Source of the DNA: Candidatus Eiseniibacteriota bacterium
GTDB lineage: Bacteria > Eisenbacteria > RBG-16-71-46 > DASYSL01
Direction of reading: 5' to 3'
Assembly (NCBI GenBank): GCA_046598045.1
Contig: JBKJJJ010000214.1
Location: forward strand, 1 to 11,197
DNA length: 11,197 bases
A program made the translations under genes and the position numbers. Of this stretch, positions 1 through 5,900 are shown one piece after another; position 1 is the stretch's first letter; each line of letters opens with the position of its first letter. The notes below the pieces were generated by a model, which saw only the letters and a program-made list of their open reading frames with translations, had not been told where the DNA came from and did no database searches.

Positions 1-7
1 GCCCGCG

Positions 8-799
8 ATGCACGAAGTCGACTACGAAATCCTCGGTGACGACCTCCAGTTCGTGAAGATCGAGCTCGACCCCGGCGAAGCCGTCGTCGCCGAGGCGGGC
101 GGCATGATGTACATGGAGAACGACATCGCCATGGAGACGATCTTCGGCGATGGCTCCCAGCAGAGCCAGTCCGGCGGGCTGATGGGTGCGCTCGTGGGCG
201 CCGGCAAGCGCCTCCTGATCGGCGAGTCGCTGTTCATGACCGTGTTCGCGAACCAGGGGCAGGCCAAGCGCAAGGTCGCGTTTGCCGCGCCCTACCCGGG
301 AAAGATCGTGCCCGTCCACCTCGCCGAGCTGGGCGGGGAGATCATCGCGCAGAAGGACTCGTTCCTGTGCGCCGCCAAGGGCGTCTCGATCTCGATCGCG
401 TTCCAGAAGCGGCTCGGCGTCGGCCTGTTCGGCGGCGAGGGCTTCATCATGGAGCGCCTCACGGGCGACGGCCTGGCCTTCCTCCACGCCGGCGGCACGA
501 TCGAGACCAGGGACCTCGCTCCGGGCGAGACGCTGCGCGTCGACACCGGCTGCATCGTCGCGCTCGCGCGCACGGTCGACTACGACATCGAGATGGTCAA
601 GGGCGTGAAGTCGTGGATCTTCGGCGGCGAGGGGCTGTTCTTCGCCACGCTCAAGGGTCCCGGCAAGGTGTGGCTCCAGTCGCTGCCGCTCTCCCGCCTG
701 GCGGGCCGCATCTACGCCGCCGCGCCCCAGCAGGGCGGCCGCAAGGAGGAGGGCTCGATCCTCGGCACGCTCGGCAACCTGCTCGACGGGCGCGAGTAG
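8..799 (+). CDS. TIGR00266 / AIM24-family protein (uncharacterised)
   Basis: 263-aa ORF with family-typical segments: [97 protein letters not shown]. The frame is open to the window edge, so the true start may be a few codons upstream. Confidence 0.9.
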   Translation: MHEVDYEILGDDLQFVKIELDPGEAVVAEAGGMMYMENDIAMETIFGDGSQQSQSGGLMGALVGAGKRLLIGESLFMTVFANQGQAKRKVAFAAPYPGKIVPVHLAELGGEIIAQKDSFLCAAKGVSISIAFQKRLGVGLFGGEGFIMERLTGDGLAFLHAGGTIETRDLAPGETLRVDTGCIVALARTVDYDIEMVKGVKSWIFGGEGLFFATLKGPGKVWLQSLPLSRLAGRIYAAAPQQGGRKEEGSILGTLGNLLDGRE

Positions 800-813
800 C
801 GTCTCGCTCCGCA

Positions 814-853
814 GAAAGTGAAAGGGCCCCGCATCCGGTTGGGTGCGGGGCCC
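814..853 (-). terminator. Intrinsic terminator of rpmB, possibly bidirectional
   Basis: Inverted repeat GGGCCCCGCA (824-833) / TGCGGGGCCC (844-853) between convergent stops at 799 and 884. On the minus strand it is followed by TTTCACTTTC; the plus-strand tail (GCTTCGT) is weak. Confidence 0.75.
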
Positions 854-883
854 GCTTCGTACTGCGTTGCGGAAGGGCGGTCG

Positions 884-1093
884 CTACGCCGCCTTCGGCT
901 TGCGCACGGCCTTCTGGACCTTGTTGGCCTTGAGGCAGCGCGTGCAGACCTTCATCTGCTGGGCGCGGCCGTTGACCAGGGCGCGCACGTTCTGCAGATT
1001 GGGGTTCCAGACGCGGCGCGACACATTGTGCGCGTGGCTGACCTTGTTGCCGCGCTGCACGCCCTTCGAACAGATGTCACAGGCTCGAGCCAC
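884..1093 (-). CDS. rpmB: 50S ribosomal protein L28 (bL28), CxxC...CxxC form, 69 aa
   Basis: GTG start at 1093 with SD AAGGAGG (1105-1099) 5 nt upstream. Protein MARACDICSKGVQRGNKVSHAHNVSRRVWNPNLQNVRALVNGRAQQMKVCTRCLKANKVQKAVRKPKAA carries the L28 GNxVSHA...RRxWxPNLQ signature. Confidence 0.97.
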   Translation of the reverse strand: MARACDICSKGVQRGNKVSHAHNVSRRVWNPNLQNVRALVNGRAQQMKVCTRCLKANKVQKAVRKPKAA

Positions 1094-1153
1094 AACTTCC
1101 TCCTTACACGGAAACGCGGGCCGCCGGGGCCCGCGGGGAAAACCGACCGGGGG

Positions 1154-1183
1154 AATGTAGCATGCCCGCGGGCGTCCCCGCAA
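1154..1183 (-). promoter_or_regulatory. Putative sigma70-type promoter of rpmB
   Basis: Minus strand: -35 TTGCGG (1183-1178), 18-nt spacer ending in TGC, -10 TACATT (1159-1154), giving an extended -10 TGnTACATT about 60 nt upstream of the start codon. Confidence 0.6.
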
Positions 1184-1212
1184 GCGCGCGGAAACCCTTG
1201 CCCACAAGTCCC

Positions 1213-3156
1213 TTAGGGGCGTGCCCTGGCGGCTCGTGGCGCCGTGATCCGGGCGATCCCGTCCGCGGCGCCCGCGCGGCGCTTGAGGTAGGGGAAGCGG
1301 GGCCCGCCCGCGTATTCGACCCGGTACGTCCGGTAGAACTCCCCGCTCGCGGCGAGGAGCTCGATCGCGTTCCGGCCCCGCGGCCCGGCCGCGAGCGCCT
1401 TCCCCGGGTCGCGCTCCGCCGGCTTGGTCCCATCGAGCGCGTCGTCGAGCACGCTCTTGCTCCACATACGGCCATTGACCGCGACCAGTTTCATGCCGGG
1501 CGCGAGGCCGGCGCGCGCGGCCGGGGAGTCGGGCAGGATGTCCGGCAGCGTACCCTCCTTGACGACGCGGAACCCGAGCGAGAAACGATAGTCGGTGCGC
1601 TCCGCCTCGGCGTTGAGCGCCTCGAGGTACTCGCCCGCCGAGTCGCGGAACGCGAGCTGCCAGCCGGCCGCTTCGATGCCGCCCATGGGCGCATGGGCGC
1701 GCACCGAGTCGACCCGGTCCGCGAGGAAGCGGTCCCAGTCGAACGGGGCGACACCCCCGAGCGCGTCGAGCAGGTCGACGCGCCTGTAGGGCACGACCGC
1801 GGGCGGTCCCGCCGCGCCGCCGAAGAACGCGCGACAGAAATCATCCAGCGAGCGCCTCCCGTTCGTGAGCGCGCGGATCTTCATGTCGGCCTCGAGCCAG
1901 ATCAGCGCGCTCTCGTCGTAGTAGTCCTGGCCGCGCCGCCACGTCGACCAGGCGCCGGGCGCGGTGTTGAGCAACGAGGCAGAGGTCGCGGTGTCGACCA
2001 GGGGACGCCAGCGCCGGCCCGCGCGCGCGTCGAGCGTCGCGGCGTTGAGGGCGAGGTCGTCACGTGCCCCCGCGGCATCCACGGTGCCGGCGCGCGCGCC
2101 GAGCACCCAGCCGTAGTACTCGGTGAGTCCCTCGTAGACCCACAACAGGTCGGTCTTGAGCGGCGTCGAAAACTCGACCGGATCCATGTCGGCGGGGCGC
2201 CGGTACTTCCCGTTCCACGAATGGACGAACTCGTGGGAGAGCAGCAGCGCGTTCGCGGTGCGCCCTCCGGGCTCGATCAGGGCGCGCTCGGACATGCGGT
2301 TGTCGCTCGACTCGTGGTGCTCGAGGCCGAACGAGGCAATGTTGTCGGAGAGCGTGAGCAGGAACGTGTAGCTACGGTAATGCGGGCCGCCCAACGCCTT
2401 TCGGGTCTCGCGCACGACCTGCTCCCACTGGTGAACGAGGTCGGCCGGCGCGGCGAGCGCGCGCTCGCTGTCGGCGACGAGGAACGCGCGGTGGCGCTGC
2501 GGCAGCTCGGGCGCGAGCGGAATCTCGCGCGTGAAGCGCCCGCACGACAACGGCGAGTCGACGAGGAACTCGAGCGTGACCGGCGCAAACGTGACGGAAG
2601 TCGGGCCCACGCTTCCCGGGGCCAGCGAGGTGCCGTAGTTCCAGCCCGCGGGCAGGCGCACGGTCGGCGTGATCGTGAACTCGCGCTGGCTCACGCCCGA
2701 TGGGGCGAGCACGACATGGTTCCACGACAGGATCGCGAGGTTCGCGGTCGAGCAGGGGCCGTCGATGTACTCGCCGCTCGAGCCCGCGCCCAGGTAGTCG
2801 AAGCGCGCGGTCAGCGACGTGGTCGCCGAAGGCAACGTGAGGTGGAACGCAAACAGGTCCAAGGGATCGCGCGTCCACGGGACCGTGCGTGCCGTGCCGG
2901 CCGCGTCCGCCGCCTCGAACACGAGGCCCGCCAGGTCGTCGATCGGCCCCGTCGGGCCGTGCTCGCCCGGGATCCAGCGCGGCAGGGCGAGCGTGAGCTC
3001 GCCGGGCGCCGCAGGCATGGTCTCGACCGCGTGGAAGATGCCGCGCCAGGCCTGCGTGAGGTCGACGTCGAGCGTGGCGGAAGTCGGGGCGCCGGCCGAG
3101 GCAGGCGCGGCGGCGAGCAGGGCGAGCAGCAGGACCTTGGGCAGGCTTCGGTTCAC
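1213..3156 (-). CDS. M61-family (glycyl aminopeptidase-like) zinc metallopeptidase with signal peptide and C-terminal PDZ domain, ~647 aa
   Basis: GTG at 3156 with GAGG 6 nt upstream. Signal peptide VNRSLPKVLLLALLAAAPASA; N-domain LPRWIPGEH; GLEH; HEFVHSWNGKYRRP (HExxH at 2235-2221); LLWVYEGLTEY (third zinc ligand); PDZ-like SPAARAGLAPGMKLVAVNG. The ORF-track start at 3450 overlaps the upstream gene. Confidence 0.9.
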   Translation of the reverse strand: MNRSLPKVLLLALLAAAPASAGAPTSATLDVDLTQAWRGIFHAVETMPAAPGELTLALPRWIPGEHGPTGPIDDLAGLVFEAADAAGTARTVPWTRDPLDLFAFHLTLPSATTSLTARFDYLGAGSSGEYIDGPCSTANLAILSWNHVVLAPSGVSQREFTITPTVRLPAGWNYGTSLAPGSVGPTSVTFAPVTLEFLVDSPLSCGRFTREIPLAPELPQRHRAFLVADSERALAAPADLVHQWEQVVRETRKALGGPHYRSYTFLLTLSDNIASFGLEHHESSDNRMSERALIEPGGRTANALLLSHEFVHSWNGKYRRPADMDPVEFSTPLKTDLLWVYEGLTEYYGWVLGARAGTVDAAGARDDLALNAATLDARAGRRWRPLVDTATSASLLNTAPGAWSTWRRGQDYYDESALIWLEADMKIRALTNGRRSLDDFCRAFFGGAAGPPAVVPYRRVDLLDALGGVAPFDWDRFLADRVDSVRAHAPMGGIEAAGWQLAFRDSAGEYLEALNAEAERTDYRFSLGFRVVKEGTLPDILPDSPAARAGLAPGMKLVAVNGRMWSKSVLDDALDGTKPAERDPGKALAAGPRGRNAIELLAASGEFYRTYRVEYAGGPRFPYLKRRAGAADGIARITAPRAARARP

Positions 3157-3184
3157 GGGCGGCCTCACGAGAAGTGGATGCCGC

Positions 3185-3213
3185 AGGGTAGCCGAGGCCC
3201 GTCCCGGGGTCCA
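3185..3213 (-). promoter_or_regulatory. Possible internal promoter for the M61 gene
   Basis: TGGACC (3213-3208), 17-nt spacer, TACCCT (3190-3185) in the 71-nt intergenic gap. Both boxes match consensus only partly. Confidence 0.3.
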
Positions 3214-3227
3214 CCCCCCGAAATGCG

Positions 3228-5900
3228 TCAGCGAATGATCACGAACTTCCCGCGGGCCGTGAACCCGGGTGCGCTCACCGAGTAGAGATAGATTCCGCTC
3301 GCCACGTCCTGCCCGTTGCGCGAGATCAGGTTCCACGAGGCCTGGCCGTCGCCGGGCGATTCCTGCTGCGGGCGGCCATTGGGCTGGAGGTCGTCGCTCT
3401 TGAGCGTGGTGACGAGGTCGCCTGCGATCGTGAAGATGCGCAGCGTCCACGGGCCCGGCGGCATGCGCATGAAATCGACGTGCGCGCCGGTCGGGTCGGA
3501 CGGGCTCGGGGTGAGATCCCAGGCGGCGCGCCCGCGGTAGGGGTTCGGCACCACGATCACGCCGCCGTCGCCGGCGCGCGCGACCGCGGCGTGCGGCACG
3601 ACGCCGTCACCCTCGACGGCGAACCTGCGTCCCTCGCGCATGAGCAAGGACCCAGGGGTGCCGTCGACGCCGGCCGCGCCGCTCGAGTCGACCGCGGTGA
3701 TCGCATAGAAGTAGATGAAGCCGTTGAGCACGTCGGGATCGACGTAGCCATAACGACCGAGCGGGTACAACGGCTCCCGGTAGTGCGTCGCGATCCGATT
3801 GCATCGACAGGCGCGGTCGAAGTATGTGCGGTTGCCGTAGGTGAACAGCGTGTCCCCGGTTGCAGGGTCGAGGCGGGGCGGCACCGGATTCGCCGGGTAA
3901 ACGCGCCCGGTCTCGGTGTCTACCAGGACGCCTTCGATCGCCTGAGTCGAGTCGAAGTCCCCGTCGCCATCGACGTCGAGTGAATCGATCAGGGGCTCGA
4001 GCGCGTCGAACCGGCGCAGGCTCGCCAGCAGCTCCCACTGTGTGTCCGATGGACCCGTCGATCCGACGGGACGCGTGTACCCGGTTGCGCGGTACACCCG
4101 GTAGCCCCAGAAGCGAAACTGGCCCGCGTCGGGATTCAGGCCCGCCTGCGAGCGATCGGGAATCGTCTCGCTCAGGTTGTCCCACGCCAGCGTGACGCGG
4201 TGATCCCCCGGCGTGAGGCGAACCGCGGGGGCGATCGGCGAGGTCGGCACGATCCAGTGCTCGAGCACTCGACCCGCGACGGCATCGCAGTAGTCGCAGT
4301 TGAAGTTGAACCAGAATTGTTCCCCTGGCTGCAGCGTCTTGTCGGCGCCCGTCGAGTCGGCGTTGAAGTGACAGTCGGAGATGTTCAGCTCGCGATCCGG
4401 CGGCGCCACGACGCGGGCCTCGCGGCCCGGCAGCGGAGGCACGGGCGTTCCGGGCGGGGGGACCTCGAAGCTCCCGCGATAGAAGAGGAAGGCGCTGCGC
4501 GCCCCGTCGATCACGGCGCGATAGCGGTCGGGGTTTGCGCGGTTGGGGTTTCCGGGCAGGTCGACCGGTTGCGTCAGGTCGAGCGGCCAGACGCCGAGCG
4601 CGACCGTCACCGCGATGGTGTCGCCCGGCGCCATGCGCGGAAACGGCCCGACCGAGACCATGGTCGACCAGTCGTCCTTCTGCGCATCCGGCGGCCGCGC
4701 CTCCGCGGGCGCGCCGTTCGCCACGCCCGCGGGCACGCTCATCGCCTGGTAGCGCTCGAAGTCGATCGTCGGCGCTCCCCCCTGGCCGAATCCTGCGCCG
4801 GGCCGGTAGAGACGAAAGGCGCGGAAACCCACGCGCTTCGGCGCCTTCAGGCCCCGCGGGTCGATCGTGTGGTCGAGCAGCAGGAAGCACGACGCCCCCG
4901 CGGTCCGGCCGTCGTCGCCGTCGTCGTCGGTCATGGTGAACCCGAGCACCTGGTAGGTCGTCGCGTCACAGAAGTCCGGGATGACGTGGTCGCCGTCGTG
5001 TCCGGGCTGGTAGCGCGGATCTCCGGGCGGAATGTCCTCGGAGTAGGTCGCCGAGGGAATCCGGGGTTCGGGTAGGTCATCGCGCCAGTAGCCGCTCTGG
5101 GCGACGGGTCCGACATCCTGGTCGACGAGGAACGCGACGTACACCGAGTCGATCACGTGGTCCGACACGTTCGAGACCTGGTAGGTCGCGGGGACGAAAT
5201 CGCCCAGCTCGCGGGCTTCGAACGCGTCGACGGTCTGGTGGATGCTCAACCCGAGCGGGACGTGCGGTTCGGCCGGATTGGCATTCAGCGCCTGCGGAGT
5301 GTCGTCGCGCATGTCGAATGCGAACATGCGCTGGGAGATCATCGCGCCGTCCTCGTCGACCTTCCCATCCCCGTCGTCATCCTTGCCGTTGAGCGGGTCC
5401 TCGTCGTAACGCCGGTCGTGGTCGTCGTCCACCCAGCGCAGGCTGCCGGGCGCGCCCTGGTAGGTGTCGTAGATCCGGTCGACGGGATCGAGGCTCGGTG
5501 GGCGCCACTCGATCGAAGAGCTCACCCGGTAGCGGGCCTCGGGCGAGACCTGGCCGGGCACGACGCCGCCGACCCACAGCCCCCAGTAGTAGAGGTACTC
5601 GACGCCCGAGGAGCCGGGCCACTGCGCCGACGGGTCCGAGGAGAGCGAGGGAAACGCGTTGCCCATGACCCCGATGTTCGTCGCCTTGAGCCACACCCGC
5701 GAGGCGGTCGTGACGTGGCCGGGCCCGCGCACCTCGGGCACCGCCTGGGTGGCCATGCCGTTCGGGCGGCCGGACCCCGTGGTGTCAGGATTCGGCGGCG
5801 GGAACTCAAACGTCACCCGCGTCGCGCCCGGCCGCGCGCACACGAGGAGGGCCAGAAAAAACAGGGCGACGAGAGTCCTCCGGCGGGCCGGTTCGCTCAT
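3228..5900 (-). CDS. Large secreted protein (890 aa) with acidic DxDxD loops, FN3-like domain and T9SS type-A/FlgD-Ig-like C-terminal domain
   Basis: ATG at 5900 overlaps the upstream TGA (ATGA, 5900-5897). Signal peptide MSEPARRRTLVALFFLALLVCARPGA. FN3-like segments PGDHRVTLAWD, GYRVYRA, YVDPDVLNGFIYFYAITAVD. C-terminus VVPNPY...LRIFTIAGDLV...WNLISRNGQDVASGIYLY...KFVIIR. Confidence 0.85.
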   Translation of the reverse strand: MSEPARRRTLVALFFLALLVCARPGATRVTFEFPPPNPDTTGSGRPNGMATQAVPEVRGPGHVTTASRVWLKATNIGVMGNAFPSLSSDPSAQWPGSSGVEYLYYWGLWVGGVVPGQVSPEARYRVSSSIEWRPPSLDPVDRIYDTYQGAPGSLRWVDDDHDRRYDEDPLNGKDDDGDGKVDEDGAMISQRMFAFDMRDDTPQALNANPAEPHVPLGLSIHQTVDAFEARELGDFVPATYQVSNVSDHVIDSVYVAFLVDQDVGPVAQSGYWRDDLPEPRIPSATYSEDIPPGDPRYQPGHDGDHVIPDFCDATTYQVLGFTMTDDDGDDGRTAGASCFLLLDHTIDPRGLKAPKRVGFRAFRLYRPGAGFGQGGAPTIDFERYQAMSVPAGVANGAPAEARPPDAQKDDWSTMVSVGPFPRMAPGDTIAVTVALGVWPLDLTQPVDLPGNPNRANPDRYRAVIDGARSAFLFYRGSFEVPPPGTPVPPLPGREARVVAPPDRELNISDCHFNADSTGADKTLQPGEQFWFNFNCDYCDAVAGRVLEHWIVPTSPIAPAVRLTPGDHRVTLAWDNLSETIPDRSQAGLNPDAGQFRFWGYRVYRATGYTRPVGSTGPSDTQWELLASLRRFDALEPLIDSLDVDGDGDFDSTQAIEGVLVDTETGRVYPANPVPPRLDPATGDTLFTYGNRTYFDRACRCNRIATHYREPLYPLGRYGYVDPDVLNGFIYFYAITAVDSSGAAGVDGTPGSLLMREGRRFAVEGDGVVPHAAVARAGDGGVIVVPNPYRGRAAWDLTPSPSDPTGAHVDFMRMPPGPWTLRIFTIAGDLVTTLKSDDLQPNGRPQQESPGDGQASWNLISRNGQDVASGIYLYSVSAPGFTARGKFVIIR

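Noticed and set aside
1094..1465. N-terminal extension on L28 (193-aa ORF)
   Set aside because: A strong SD and GTG at 1093 give a normal-length L28, and the extension overlaps the M61 gene.
3161..3200. Possible anti-SD pairing (GGCCTC with GAGGCC) or riboswitch upstream of M61
   Set aside because: Only 6-7 bp across a long loop, expected by chance at this GC content, and no known aptamer consensus is recognisable.
1162..3285. 707-aa plus-strand ORF
   Set aside because: Antisense shadow of the M61 gene; Arg/Ala/Gly-rich with no motifs, as expected where stop codons are rare in high-GC DNA.
3157..3450. Upstream extension of the M61 ORF
   Set aside because: Overlaps the CTD-coding region; the SD and signal peptide point to GTG 3156.
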